Positions 17,605 through 27,148 of a stretch of 64,000 nt of DNA are shown piece after piece. Position 1 is the first letter of the stretch, and each line of letters starts with the position of its first letter. Under the pieces are notes generated by a model. The model saw nothing but the letters and a program-made list of their open reading frames with translations, had not been told where the DNA came from and ran no database searches. Both the position numbers and the translations under genes were made by a program. Origin of the DNA: Candidatus Vogelbacteria bacterium (lineage in GTDB: Bacteria; Patescibacteriota; Minisyncoccia; Phycocordibacterales; XYD1-FULL-46-19); the NCBI GenBank assembly GCA_903878275.1, contig CAIRHC010000009.1, positions 11,855 to 75,854 of the forward strand, in the 5' to 3' direction.

Positions 17605-17835
17605 TTAAATGAAGAGAGCGAGCATCGTCGAAGCAAGAAACAAAATGGCTAGCACAATTGTACCAATGAAAAGTTGTTTTTCGAGACCACGTTTCGTCCG
17701 CCAAGGATTACTGCCAGCCTGACCACCACCAAAAGCACTACCGAGGCTACCCTCGCTTTGTTGCATTAATATTGCGCCTACCAACAAGACGGATAGGACA
17801 ACTTGTATCCAAGGCAAAATAGAATGTAAATCCAT
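17605..17835 (-). CDS. secG: Preprotein translocase subunit SecG
   Basis: 76 aa, two TMs and a Gly-rich loop 'GSLGSAFGGGQAGS'. Confidence 0.7.
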   Translation of the reverse strand: MDLHSILPWIQVVLSVLLVGAILMQQSEGSLGSAFGGGQAGSNPWRTKRGLEKQLFIGTIVLAILFLASTMLALFI

Positions 17836-17900
17836 TGCTAGTATCGTAGCAGATTATGGGTTAAGATGCAATAGTCGATAATCTAAAAACCAAAGGGTTC

Positions 17901-17930
17901 TTGACCCTTTAAAAAAGTTTCGTCTATAAT
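17901..17930 (+). promoter_or_regulatory. Sigma-70-like promoter for groESL: TTGACC, 18-nt spacer, TATAAT
   Basis: Consensus hexamers with correct spacing, 48 nt upstream of the groES ATG. No CIRCE element found. Confidence 0.45.
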
Positions 17931-17978
17931 ATTCGTGATTAAAAGTCGCTATTATTAGTAATTTTTACAATAAAAAAT

Positions 17979-18296
17979 ATGGCAACAACAAAAGAATCTA
18001 TAAATATCAAACCACTTGGTGATCGAGTTTTGGTTGAAATTGAAAAAGAGAATGACAAACACAAGACCAAGAGTGGCATTATTATTCCGGAAACGGTGAG
18101 CAAGGAGCGACCCGAAGAAGGTATCGTGATTGCGGTCGGGGAAGGCAAAAGAAATGAAGACGGCAAGCTGATACCGGTGGCAGTCAAAAAAGGTCAAAAA
18201 ATTATTTTTTCTAAATATGGACCAGATGAAATTAAGGTCGGCGATAAAGAATATTTGATAATTAGTGAATCGAATATTTTAGCAATAATTGATTAA
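17979..18296 (+). CDS. groES: Co-chaperonin GroES
   Basis: 'IKPLGDRVLVE...SGIIIPE...GIVIAVGEG' are canonical. Confidence 0.9.
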   Translation: MATTKESINIKPLGDRVLVEIEKENDKHKTKSGIIIPETVSKERPEEGIVIAVGEGKRNEDGKLIPVAVKKGQKIIFSKYGPDEIKVGDKEYLIISESNILAIID

Positions 18297-18304
18297 ATAA
18301 AATT

Positions 18305-19945
18305 ATGTCCAAACAAATTATTTTTAATGATGAAGCTCGAAAAGCTCTCAAAAGCGGAATTGATCAAGTGGCAAATGCGGTGAAAATTACGATCGGTCCG
18401 AAAGGGCGGAATGCCGTGATCGACAAAGGTTATGGTGCGCCGACGATTACCAATGACGGTGTTTCAATTGCCAAAGAAATTACTTTGGCAAACAAAGTGG
18501 AAAATATGGGCGCGGAAATTATCAAAGATGTCGCGTCTAAAACTAATGATATTGCTGGCGATGGCACGACGACCGCGGTCATTTTGACGCAAGCGATTTT
18601 CGAAGAAGGTTTGAAAAAAACTTCACTTGGAGTCAATGCGATGGGTGTGAAAATTGGAATTGAAAAAGCAGCGGAAGAAGTGGTCAAAGCGTTGAAATCT
18701 CTGGCGAAGCCGATTAAAGATAAAAATGAAATTGTGCAGGTGGCGACCATTTCGGCGGAGTCGGAAGAATTTGGAAAAATTATTGCCGATGCAATTGAGA
18801 AAGTCGGCAAAGATGGCGTGGTGACAGTGGAAGAATCCCAGTCGTTTGGTGTGGAATCAGAATTTGTCGAAGGGATGCAATTTGATAAAGGTTATTTGTC
18901 GCCATATATGATTACCGATGGCGACCGAATGGAAGCTGAATATAAAGATGCGCTCATTCTTTTGTGCGATAAAAAGATTTCATCAGTGAAAGAAATTTTG
19001 CCGTTGCTTGAAAAATTGGCGGGCAGTGGTAAAAAAGAATTGGTGATTATTGCTGATGATATTGATGGTGAAGCGCTGGCGACTTTGGTCGTGAATAAAA
19101 TTCGCGGGACATTTAATACACTGGCGATTAAAGCACCGGGCTATGGTGATCGCAAAAAAGAACTGCTCGGTGATATTGCGATTTTGACGGGCGGCGAAGT
19201 GATCTCGGAAGATGTGGGCATTAAATTGGAAAATGTGGAAATTACTCAACTCGGTCGGGCTCATCGCGTGATTGCCAGCAAAGATGAGACAACCATTGTC
19301 GGTGGCAAAGGTAAAAAATCTGATATTAATGAACGCATTGCCTCAATTAAAAAACAAATCGAATCGGCTCCAACTTATGATAAAGATAAATTGCGTGAGC
19401 GACTAGGCAAGCTTTCTGGTGGCGTGGCGGTGATAAAAGTGGGGGCGACGACCGAAGCGGAAATGAAATATAAGAAATTAAAAATTGATGATGCAGTGGC
19501 GGCGACCAAAGCGGCGATCGACGAGGGGATTGTGTCTGGCGGTGGCGTGGCACTTTTGAAAGCGGGAGCGAAAGTGGCTAGCAAAAAACTAGTGTCGCCG
19601 TCGTCTGATATTGCCCACGAGTTTGATGTCGGGGTGAAAATTTTGCTGAAAGCACTGGAAGCGCCGATTCGGCAAATTGTGATAAACGCTGGTAAAGATA
19701 ACGCCTCGGTTATTATTGATAAAATTTTAGCGGGCAAAGGCAGTGAAGGTTATGATGCGAATGCCGATAAAATGGTGACGGATATGTTTAAGGCGGGAAT
19801 TATTGATCCGGTCAAAGTGACGAGGACTGGTTTGGAGCGAGCCTCTGGTGCCGCCGCGATGCTTCTCACGACCGAGGTGGCGATTTGTGATGAGCCAAAA
19901 AAAGATGATGGTGGGCACAATGGTGGAATGCCTATGGATTATTAA
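18305..19945 (+). CDS. groEL: Chaperonin GroEL
   Basis: 546 aa with 'AVKITIGPKGRNAVI', 'DGTTTA', and a C-terminus ending 'GGMPMDY'. Confidence 0.95.
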   Translation: MSKQIIFNDEARKALKSGIDQVANAVKITIGPKGRNAVIDKGYGAPTITNDGVSIAKEITLANKVENMGAEIIKDVASKTNDIAGDGTTTAVILTQAIFEEGLKKTSLGVNAMGVKIGIEKAAEEVVKALKSLAKPIKDKNEIVQVATISAESEEFGKIIADAIEKVGKDGVVTVEESQSFGVESEFVEGMQFDKGYLSPYMITDGDRMEAEYKDALILLCDKKISSVKEILPLLEKLAGSGKKELVIIADDIDGEALATLVVNKIRGTFNTLAIKAPGYGDRKKELLGDIAILTGGEVISEDVGIKLENVEITQLGRAHRVIASKDETTIVGGKGKKSDINERIASIKKQIESAPTYDKDKLRERLGKLSGGVAVIKVGATTEAEMKYKKLKIDDAVAATKAAIDEGIVSGGGVALLKAGAKVASKKLVSPSSDIAHEFDVGVKILLKALEAPIRQIVINAGKDNASVIIDKILAGKGSEGYDANADKMVTDMFKAGIIDPVKVTRTGLERASGAAAMLLTTEVAICDEPKKDDGGHNGGMPMDY

Positions 19946-19984
19946 ACAATTTTGTGTTTTAATTTTAGCAGAAAGGAGGTGCTT

Positions 19985-20275
19985 ATGAGCATCTTGGCGT
20001 TGTTCTATAGAAAACACTTCTACTCGTTGAGGGAGTATCGGACGCAGGTGAAATATCTATACGAGGATATCCACATTGGTTTTGTCTGTGAATGGCACAA
20101 AAGAGTGGTCGTACCATTTGTTCGGTGGCGCAATCCGGTGCCGAAGAGTGAGTTCGATCCTTCTCTCAATATGGATGTTCTCGCAATGTCTCGGATGTCG
20201 GACAAACAACTTGACCGATATCTGAAAGATTTGGCCTGGCGTCGTCATCTGGCTCACGAACGTGAGTTGAAGTAG
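19985..20275 (+). CDS. Hypothetical protein (96 aa). The start is placed at the ATG preceded by SD aaaggaggtg.
   Basis: Strong Shine-Dalgarno 8 nt upstream. The longer track ORF start at 19952 lacks an SD. Confidence 0.4.
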   Translation: MSILALFYRKHFYSLREYRTQVKYLYEDIHIGFVCEWHKRVVVPFVRWRNPVPKSEFDPSLNMDVLAMSRMSDKQLDRYLKDLAWRRHLAHERELK

Positions 20276-20280
20276 TTTTT

Positions 20281-20309
20281 CCCCGCCGACGCTTGCGTCG
20301 GCGGGGTTT
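20281..20309 (+). terminator. Rho-independent terminator ccccgccgacgc-ttgc-gtcggcgggg followed by TTT
   Basis: Read directly. Confidence 0.6.
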
Positions 20310-20420
20310 AGCATCTTTCTTCTTTTTGTGTTAAAATAAACGGCAGATAATTATTAAAAGTTTAATTAATAAAAAAGCTAAAACAATTTTGCTATCGCAA
20401 AATTGTTCGCTTAAAAAAAT

Positions 20421-20975
20421 ATGATGATGATAATTTTGCTAGTAGTTTTGGTTGCTATTGTGGGTTGGGTTGTCCTTGCTTACAATGGTTTGGTTTCTTT
20501 GGTCAATCGGACAAAAGAAGCGTGGGCAGATATCGATGTGCAATTAAAAAGACGCTATGATTTGATTCCCAATTTAGTGGAAGCGGTTAAAGGTTATGCC
20601 ACTCACGAATCGGGTGTGTTCGAAAAAGTGACCGAAGCGCGCGCGAAGGCTTTGTCGGCTCAAGGTCCGGCCGAAAAAGGGGCAGCCGAAAATACTTTGT
20701 CTGGCGCTTTAAAAAGTGTCTTTGCTGTCGCTGAAGCGTATCCGCAACTTCGAGCCGTGGAAAGTTTTACCAATTTGCAAACCGAATTGTCTGATACCGA
20801 AAATAAAATTCAAGCAGCGCGTCGTTTTTACAACGGCAATGTCCGTGATTTAAACATTAAAATTGAAACCGTCCCGACCAACATCATCGCGGGAATGTTT
20901 AAGTTTGCCAAGCAAGAATTTTTCCAACTGGAAGAAGGTAGTGTAGAAAAAAATCCGGTTCAGATTAAGTTTTAA
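20421..20975 (+). CDS. lemA: LemA family protein
   Basis: N-terminal TM plus 'YNGLVSLVNRTKEAWADIDVQLKRRYDLIPNLVEAVKGYATHE', the hallmark LemA block. Confidence 0.8.
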   Translation: MMMIILLVVLVAIVGWVVLAYNGLVSLVNRTKEAWADIDVQLKRRYDLIPNLVEAVKGYATHESGVFEKVTEARAKALSAQGPAEKGAAENTLSGALKSVFAVAEAYPQLRAVESFTNLQTELSDTENKIQAARRFYNGNVRDLNIKIETVPTNIIAGMFKFAKQEFFQLEEGSVEKNPVQIKF

Positions 20976-20996
20976 TTAACATTTTAATCTTAAAAT

Positions 20997-21413
20997 ATGA
21001 ATAATAAGTTTAAAATTGTTTTATCTTGTTTAATTTTCACTGTAATTTGGATTTGCGTAGGATTTTTATTTGTTAATTATCCTCCATACAGCAATTCTGT
21101 AAATGATCATATCTTGAGTATATTATATGCCTCGCTGGGTGCTCTGGTATTTATTTTTTTGCCGATTAATCTACTTATTTTTTCGGTGTCTAAAAAAGTT
21201 AGGATTTTTGCGTTTGTTTTGTTAATTATCGCAATTGTTAATCTGACCGGCTCTATTTTTCTGTCATTAACCGTGGAGGAATTTGTTAGAAATTCTGGCG
21301 GGCTATTTAGCTATCTATATCTAAGTTCAACCCTTTCTTCCCTGTATCTTTTTGGATTTTTTGCTTTAGTAAATATTGTAAGTTTGTTATCGGGAAAACC
21401 TTTTAGTATGTAA
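20997..21413 (+). CDS. Hypothetical integral membrane protein (4 TM)
   Basis: 138 aa, hydrophobic. Confidence 0.35.
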   Translation: MNNKFKIVLSCLIFTVIWICVGFLFVNYPPYSNSVNDHILSILYASLGALVFIFLPINLLIFSVSKKVRIFAFVLLIIAIVNLTGSIFLSLTVEEFVRNSGGLFSYLYLSSTLSSLYLFGFFALVNIVSLLSGKPFSM

Positions 21414-21424
21414 CATCGTCTGTA

Positions 21425-22312
21425 ATGGCAACACTTTACACTCAGCAAGATTCAAATGTGCGGAAGACCTGGCTGTTGATGGGAGTTTTTTTGGCGGTGG
21501 TGGTTGGATTGGGTTATTTTGTCAGCTACTATTACAACAATCCGTTTATTTTGTCTTTCGCGATTGTTTTTTCCGTCGTGATGAACATTGCGAGTTATTG
21601 GTGGAGTGACAAATTGGTTTTGGCTTCGACCGGCGCTCGTGAAGCTGATCACGATACCTACACCGAGCTTTATCATCTGGTGGAAAATCTTTCGATTACC
21701 GCTGGACTGCCGATGCCCAAAATTTATATTGTCGATGATCCTGCCCCAAACGCTTTTGCGACTGGTCGTGACAAAAACCATGCGGTCGTGGCGGTGACAA
21801 CTGGTCTGATGGGGATGCTCAATAAAAACGAACTCGAAGGCGTAATTGCTCACGAATTGTCGCACATCGGCAATCGCGATATTCTACTTTCGACGGTGAT
21901 TGTAGTTTTGGTCGGAATGATTGCGATGATTGCCGATATGTTTACTCGTTCACTCTGGTTTGGCGGTGGCGATCGTGAAGATAAAAATAATCCACTGGCG
22001 ATTGTCGGAATTATTTTTGTCATTCTTTCGCCGATTTTGGCGACATTGATTCAGCTGGCGGTATCACGCAAACGTGAATTTTTAGCCGATGCGTCTGGCG
22101 CTCTGCTTACTCGTTATCCCGAAGGTCTGGCCTCGGCGCTGGAAAAAATTGGTCGATACAATGCGCCGATGCAAAAAGCGAGCAATGCGACCGCTCATCT
22201 TTTTATTTCCAATCCGTTTGGCGCTAAAGCGGCAAAAGGGATTAGTAAATTATTTATGACCCATCCGCCGATTGAAGAGCGGGTGCAATTATTACGAAAC
22301 GAAGCTGTTTAA
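21425..22312 (+). CDS. htpX: Zinc metalloprotease HtpX (M48)
   Basis: 'HELSHIGNRD' HEXXH motif, TM topology, and the conserved lemA-htpX linkage. Confidence 0.85.
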   Translation: MATLYTQQDSNVRKTWLLMGVFLAVVVGLGYFVSYYYNNPFILSFAIVFSVVMNIASYWWSDKLVLASTGAREADHDTYTELYHLVENLSITAGLPMPKIYIVDDPAPNAFATGRDKNHAVVAVTTGLMGMLNKNELEGVIAHELSHIGNRDILLSTVIVVLVGMIAMIADMFTRSLWFGGGDREDKNNPLAIVGIIFVILSPILATLIQLAVSRKREFLADASGALLTRYPEGLASALEKIGRYNAPMQKASNATAHLFISNPFGAKAAKGISKLFMTHPPIEERVQLLRNEAV

Positions 22313-22323
22313 ATAAAAAATTT

Positions 22324-23160
22324 ATGCCTAACCAACAAGAATTAGAAATAAACAAGATTTATCAAAGTGACTGCTTTGATTTAATAGAAAAAATCGAAGA
22401 TGAATCAATAGATTTGATAGTTTGTGACGGTCCTTATGGTATTACGGCAAACAGCTGGGATAAGGTTGGGAAAATACAAGAATACAATCTTAATTTGATA
22501 AAAGTATTCTCAAGAATCTTAAAAAATGGAGGCGGTCTGTATTTGTTTGGAAAAGCCAACTGTCTTGATTTTATAGATTATCGTCCTTATTTAAATTTAA
22601 ACTCAAAAATAATTTGGTATCAGCCAAGTCGATTGGCTCAAGGCAGAAATAACTACACTCACAACTATGATGTAATCGCTTATTTTTCAAAAGGCAAAAC
22701 AAAAGCGTTTAATTTGGATGATATCCGCGTGGCGCAAATGGTGGAATTAGAACATCGAAAAAGATGCGAGGCCGTCCCGTCTGTTGTCAACGGTCAATTC
22801 TATAAAACAAAATTTAACGAAAAAGGTAAAAATCCTGGTGACGTGTGGGGAGATATCAAGCAACTTACCTATAATTCAAAAGAGCTTTTGAATAGAGATT
22901 TTTTAAATACCATTCAAAAACCGATTAAGTTAATAGAGAGGATTGTGAAAGCTAGCAGTAACGAGGGAGATTTGGTGCTCGACCCATTTCTTGGGACAGG
23001 AACGACGGCTGTTGTTTGTAAAAATCTTAAAAGGAATTTTATCGGAATTGATAACGACCCCAAGATGATTAAGATTTGTGAAGATAGATTAAAAGATTTT
23101 CAATTAAAATCGAAGCAAACGAGTATTTTTGCTGTTAATTATGTTAATAATAAAAGATAA
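22324..23160 (+). CDS. Site-specific DNA methyltransferase, beta-class (N4-cytosine or N6-adenine)
   Basis: Motif IV 'VCDGPYGI' (a DPPY variant) precedes motif I 'DPFLGTGTTAVVCK'. This order is diagnostic of beta-class amino-MTases. Confidence 0.7.
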   Translation: MPNQQELEINKIYQSDCFDLIEKIEDESIDLIVCDGPYGITANSWDKVGKIQEYNLNLIKVFSRILKNGGGLYLFGKANCLDFIDYRPYLNLNSKIIWYQPSRLAQGRNNYTHNYDVIAYFSKGKTKAFNLDDIRVAQMVELEHRKRCEAVPSVVNGQFYKTKFNEKGKNPGDVWGDIKQLTYNSKELLNRDFLNTIQKPIKLIERIVKASSNEGDLVLDPFLGTGTTAVVCKNLKRNFIGIDNDPKMIKICEDRLKDFQLKSKQTSIFAVNYVNNKR

Positions 23161-23638
23161 AATCGTCTCTGAAATAATTGCTCTCGTAAGAAAGGCTCAA
23201 ATGCTGGCACTTAAAGTTGGAATTCCGAACATACTTCAACCGGGGCTAGTAAAAGAAATGATTACGGCTGAGATACTGGGTCATAATCTAATTACCTCCA
23301 AAAGAGATGCTGATGCTTGTGATAGTCAAGATCAGACAATCAAATATGAATACCTCTCGTGTTATGAGGGAGGTTCAGGACAACTAGATAGAATGTTCAA
23401 GTCACCAGCAGAAAAAAGAGCGGAATCACTGTGCCGGATTACTCGTAATAAGATGATTTACTTTGCTATTTTTTACAAAAAAGATCCTCTAAAAATAAAA
23501 GTAATCTATGAAATCACGCCAGAAGTGTTGCTAAAAGAAACAGAGCGACAATTAGACAGAAGCAGTAATGATATCTCTCACGTTGGATTTGGCGAGGAGT
23601 GGGCGATTAAAAATAGCAAAGTCGTTTATCAGGGTTAG
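23129..23638 (+). CDS. Putative type II restriction endonuclease, PvuII-like
   Basis: Overlaps the MTase 3' end by 32 nt. From memory of R.PvuII: 'LALKVGIPNILQPGLVKEMITAEILGH...RDADACDSQDQTIKYEYLS...YFAIFYK...IKVIYEITPE' parallels 'LALKHGINDIFQ..GGKLLQVLLITGL...NDAVDNAGQEYELKS...IFAIYRG..IEAIYRLEP'. Confidence 0.45.
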   Translation: MLLIMLIIKDKIVSEIIALVRKAQMLALKVGIPNILQPGLVKEMITAEILGHNLITSKRDADACDSQDQTIKYEYLSCYEGGSGQLDRMFKSPAEKRAESLCRITRNKMIYFAIFYKKDPLKIKVIYEITPEVLLKETERQLDRSSNDISHVGFGEEWAIKNSKVVYQG

Positions 23639-23671
23639 AGTAATTAAATAGATAATTTTAAAAATTAAATT

Positions 23672-24094
23672 ATGTTTGAACAATCAAATTCAAATTTAGA
23701 AAACGAAGCTGAAATAAGTAGCGAATCAGAAAATTCTTCACCAGCTAGACTGGAAGAATTTCAAAAAGAAATTGAAGAAATTTTTGAGCAGGAAAAAAGT
23801 GGCAGTCTTACCTCTGGACATTTTTCGCAGTCCGTCGATGATTTTTCGGTCAAAGAACTTGGACCAGATGAGTTGAATTTATGGCAAGACTTTAAGAGTT
23901 GTCAAAGCGGAGAAAAACCGATCGAGCACTGTGTCCAGAAAATTCGAGATTATCGAGATGGTCTGACTGAAGAAGAAAGAAAAAAAGTTGTCGTGAAAGG
24001 TCTCGTCAGTTATCTGGCTAATAAAATCACGGCAATGCACGGACAACAGCAGTTGAAAGAGCAAAGACAGAAAAAACAAGAAAGCTTAAAATAG
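23672..24094 (+). CDS. Hypothetical acidic protein (140 aa)
   Basis: ORF only. Confidence 0.4.
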   Translation: MFEQSNSNLENEAEISSESENSSPARLEEFQKEIEEIFEQEKSGSLTSGHFSQSVDDFSVKELGPDELNLWQDFKSCQSGEKPIEHCVQKIRDYRDGLTEEERKKVVVKGLVSYLANKITAMHGQQQLKEQRQKKQESLK

Positions 24095-24290
24095 CAAAAA
24101 GATCGAACTTAGAAAAAATTGAAAAAACTATAAATTTTCGCTAAGCTATTATGGTCTGGCTAAAGCGTGGTTGCTAAGACTTTTGCCATGTTGTTGATTA
24201 CGGCTAAAACATTTTTACAAATAAAAATGTTCGCCCGAGTAATTTTTACCCTAAAACAGATAATCTGTTCGGGCAAGAAAATTACTCTAG

Positions 24291-24380
24291 GGAGGGTTCG
24301 CATAGTGGTCTAGTGCGCCCGCTTGGAAAGCGTGTAAGGGGGAAACCCCTTCAAGAGTTCGAATCTCTTACCCTCCGCCA
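24291..24380 (+). tRNA. tRNA-Ser (anticodon GGA), CCA encoded
   Basis: Acceptor ggagggt/accctcc, anticodon loop ttGGAaa, long variable arm (aggggg-aaa-cccctt), T-arm aagag-ttcgaat-ctctt, then gCCA. One C.U mismatch in the anticodon stem. Confidence 0.7.
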
Positions 24381-24457
24381 AAATTGAAAATCGGAATCGG
24401 AAGCCGAAACGGATAAAATAATGGAAGAAATTGATGAAATAATACGATAAAATAACG

Positions 24458-25105
24458 ATGTATATTTTTCTTGATGAGAGTGGCAATTTTTCTAAACAAG
24501 ATCATGGGCAGTATTTTGTCGTTGGTTCTTTTACTGTCGGCGATACCAAGCGAACAAACAAAGAATTTCGTAAGTGGATTAGGACAAAATTTCCAATAAA
24601 AAAGTGCAAGCAAAGCGAGGTGAAGTGGTCTCAAAATAGCATCAGCGATGATCTTCGGTTGCGGACACTTAAAAATATTTCTAAGCTTGATGTCCGAATA
24701 AGGTTTGGTTATTTGTTGAGAAATAATATACCTAGTACCTATCGGAGAAAAGGCAAAATCGAATCTGGTCAGCTCTATACCAATATTATTGGTGAGGTTT
24801 TAGAGCAGTATATGCCGACGAACGACAAAGAAGTTCATATTTTTTGTGACCAGCGCTCTCTTAAGGGGATGACAAAGACTGGTTTTGAGATGGCTATCAA
24901 AGCCCATCTTTTGCCTTTTTGTTCCCCCGACACTCTAATCCAAGTTGAGATGGTAGATTCTACCTCTAGTTGTAATATCCAAATTGCCGACTGGATTTCT
25001 GGAGCAATTGCCCGATATCTTGAAAAAGGGAAAATGGGCAATGATTTTTATAAAGTTCTTAAGAATAACCTACTTGATCAGGGAAAAGAATTTTTTGCTC
25101 CTTAA
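24458..25105 (+). CDS. DUF3800 family protein
   Basis: N-terminal 'MYIFLDESGNF' is the DUF3800 hallmark. Confidence 0.6.
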   Translation: MYIFLDESGNFSKQDHGQYFVVGSFTVGDTKRTNKEFRKWIRTKFPIKKCKQSEVKWSQNSISDDLRLRTLKNISKLDVRIRFGYLLRNNIPSTYRRKGKIESGQLYTNIIGEVLEQYMPTNDKEVHIFCDQRSLKGMTKTGFEMAIKAHLLPFCSPDTLIQVEMVDSTSSCNIQIADWISGAIARYLEKGKMGNDFYKVLKNNLLDQGKEFFAP

Positions 25106-25407
25106 CTTAAAAATATGGCAACAAAAAAAGCGTGCCGAGGCACCCTTTCTTTGGTAGAAGCAGCGTCTTATATGATGACAGTCTCCAGTTTTACAACCGA
25201 TTTCTCAATTGTGCCTCGAATTCTCCGAGGGAACACCAGAGCACCTTATAAGCTATTATTGCATGCTTCTAATAAGAGCATAGCACTTAAAAAGGCAAGA
25301 ATCAAGAAAAGTCAAGCAAAATCAGAGAAACTGTGGATAAAGTTTTGTCAGAGCTGAAAATGTGTTGAAAAATAAGGGGATTTAGCTAATATAACTTCAC
25401 GCAAAAA

Positions 25408-25665
25408 ATGTACCATCTCTACATCCTTGAATGTGCCGATAAAACTTTATACACCGGGATCACCACGGATTTGAAACGGCGGGTTTTTGAGCATAATAGC
25501 TCGGCACTTGGTGCCAAATATACTTCGGCTCGGCGACCGGTGGCGCTAGTTTATTCCCGACGATTTAAAAATCGCTCAAATGCCTCACGTGCCGAAGCGC
25601 AAATTAAAAAATTAACTAGATTGGAAAAAATAGCGTTGATTAAAAATTTTTCAATAAAAAAGTAA
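25408..25665 (+). CDS. GIY-YIG nuclease family protein (UPF0213-like)
   Basis: 'YHLYILECADKTLYTGITTDLKRRVFEHN' contains the GIY...YIG motifs. Confidence 0.7.
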   Translation: MYHLYILECADKTLYTGITTDLKRRVFEHNSSALGAKYTSARRPVALVYSRRFKNRSNASRAEAQIKKLTRLEKIALIKNFSIKK

Positions 25666-25744
25666 ATTTCTATGTTTAGTGGTTTGTAAAACTGATATTT
25701 TGCCCCAGCTAGTAAAACGGGCTGATTCGTGATATAATCCTAAT

Positions 25745-25981
25745 ATGAAAGAAAATCGCAAACAGATGCAAGAAGTCAATCTGGTGGAAACACCACTTGA
25801 GGTTTTTGTCGATTACTACAATAAAAATATTCCGGCGTCATTTCCGAAAGCGACCAAGGAAGCTTTAGAGCAATTTCAAGAGACACATCCGGGGCTTTTT
25901 GATGATAATAAAATGTGGACAATCGACAAACATCGTCGCCGACTGATGGATTGGTTGCCATCTTATCACGAAGCCAAGTAA
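25745..25981 (+). CDS. Hypothetical protein (78 aa)
   Basis: ORF only. Confidence 0.3.
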   Translation: MKENRKQMQEVNLVETPLEVFVDYYNKNIPASFPKATKEALEQFQETHPGLFDDNKMWTIDKHRRRLMDWLPSYHEAK

Positions 25982-26024
25982 AATTTTTTGAAAAAACAAT
26001 TATTGGCTTTGGTAATCTAAAGTT

Positions 26025-26831
26025 ATGATTAAAAAACTGATGAAAAAATTACGGATAAACTCGCGTTGGTGTTTGGCGTTAAAAACCTTGCCATTTATTG
26101 TGGTCATTGTCCTGGTAAAATTCGGGGCTCATTATTTTGGTTATGAATTTTTGTCTTTGAATTCTCTTTTTACGGCGATTATTTCTGCCAACATTTTCTT
26201 GATCGGTTTTCTGATCTCCGGCACTTTGGTTGATTACAAAGAGAGCGAAAAATTACCCGGTGATTTGGCGGCAAGTTTGGAGACAATGTCTGATGAAGGT
26301 TTGATTATTTATAAAAATAAAAAAAGCGAAGACGCCAAAAGTTATCTAAAAAAACTTTCAGAATTTAATAAAATGTTGATCGATTGGTTTTACAAAAAAG
26401 AAAAAACCGAAAACTTGATGCATAAGTTGCAATCTTTTAATGATGATTTTTTAATTTTTGAAAGCCAGACTCAAGCCAATTTTATCGTTCGGTTGAAACA
26501 AGAGCAAAATGCCATTCGGAAGATGGTCAATCGAATCCACACAATCCGCGAAACATCTTTTTTGGGTACTGGTTATGCGATTGCGGAAATTATCACATCA
26601 GTGCTGGTCGTCGGCTTGGTTTTTATCAAGATGGATCCTTTTTACGAAAGCGTTTTCTTTATTTCGTTTGTGAGTTTTATTTTGATTTATATGATTTATT
26701 TTATCAAAGATCTCGACAATCCTTTTGGTTATAGCTTGGAAGACAACCTCGTCGAAGAGGTTTCACTCAAGCCGATTTTAGATAGTCAGAGAAGAATTGA
26801 AATTTATTGCCAAGAAATAACGAAAACCTAA
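26025..26831 (+). CDS. Hypothetical integral membrane protein
   Basis: 268 aa, multiple TMs. The stop overlaps the next ATG (taATG). Confidence 0.45.
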   Translation: MIKKLMKKLRINSRWCLALKTLPFIVVIVLVKFGAHYFGYEFLSLNSLFTAIISANIFLIGFLISGTLVDYKESEKLPGDLAASLETMSDEGLIIYKNKKSEDAKSYLKKLSEFNKMLIDWFYKKEKTENLMHKLQSFNDDFLIFESQTQANFIVRLKQEQNAIRKMVNRIHTIRETSFLGTGYAIAEIITSVLVVGLVFIKMDPFYESVFFISFVSFILIYMIYFIKDLDNPFGYSLEDNLVEEVSLKPILDSQRRIEIYCQEITKT

Positions 26832-27100
26832 TGTCTATTTTTGAAATTGGAATGTTGGTCGGCTTTGGTTTCGCTTGGCCGTTTTCGATTTACCGCTCTT
26901 ATACTTCACGACAAAATGGTGGCAAAAGTGTGTTGTTTCTGTGGGTCATTTTGTTTGGTTATGTGTGTGGAATTTTACACAAGATTTTTTATAATTTTGA
27001 TTTAGTTATTTATTTATACATTCTAAATAGTTTGATGGTGTCGGTTGACTTGGTACTTTTTTATCGCAATAGAGGTTTGTTAGAAAATTTTAAATTTTAA
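26831..27100 (+). CDS. Small membrane protein (89 aa); start placed at the taATG overlap
   Basis: Hydrophobic, contains 'GFGFAWPFSIYRSYTSRQNGGKS'. Translationally coupled to the upstream gene. Confidence 0.4.
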   Translation: MSIFEIGMLVGFGFAWPFSIYRSYTSRQNGGKSVLFLWVILFGYVCGILHKIFYNFDLVIYLYILNSLMVSVDLVLFYRNRGLLENFKF

Positions 27101-27148
27101 AGTTTTTAATAATTTTTCACTATGGGGTAAATTTGTTATAATAAGTAA

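Noticed and set aside
17836-17978. CIRCE/HrcA operator upstream of groES
   Set aside because: No TTAGCACTC-N9-GAGTGCTAA-like inverted repeat is present. Only a sigma-70-type promoter and a small hairpin (aaaggg...cccttt) were found.
23129-23194. Alternative later start (MLALKVGIP) for the restriction-enzyme ORF to avoid overlap with the methyltransferase
   Set aside because: A PvuII-like alignment needs ~22 residues before the LALK motif. The overlapping upstream start therefore fits better, so the longer form was kept.
25115-25357. 80-aa ORF between the DUF3800 and GIY-YIG genes
   Set aside because: Low-complexity basic translation and no SD. It would be the only TGA-terminated gene in the window, and the region contains several hairpins (gtgcc-gag-ggcac, cctcg-aattctc-cgagg, atgct...agcat). 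It is more likely non-coding, so it is left unannotated.
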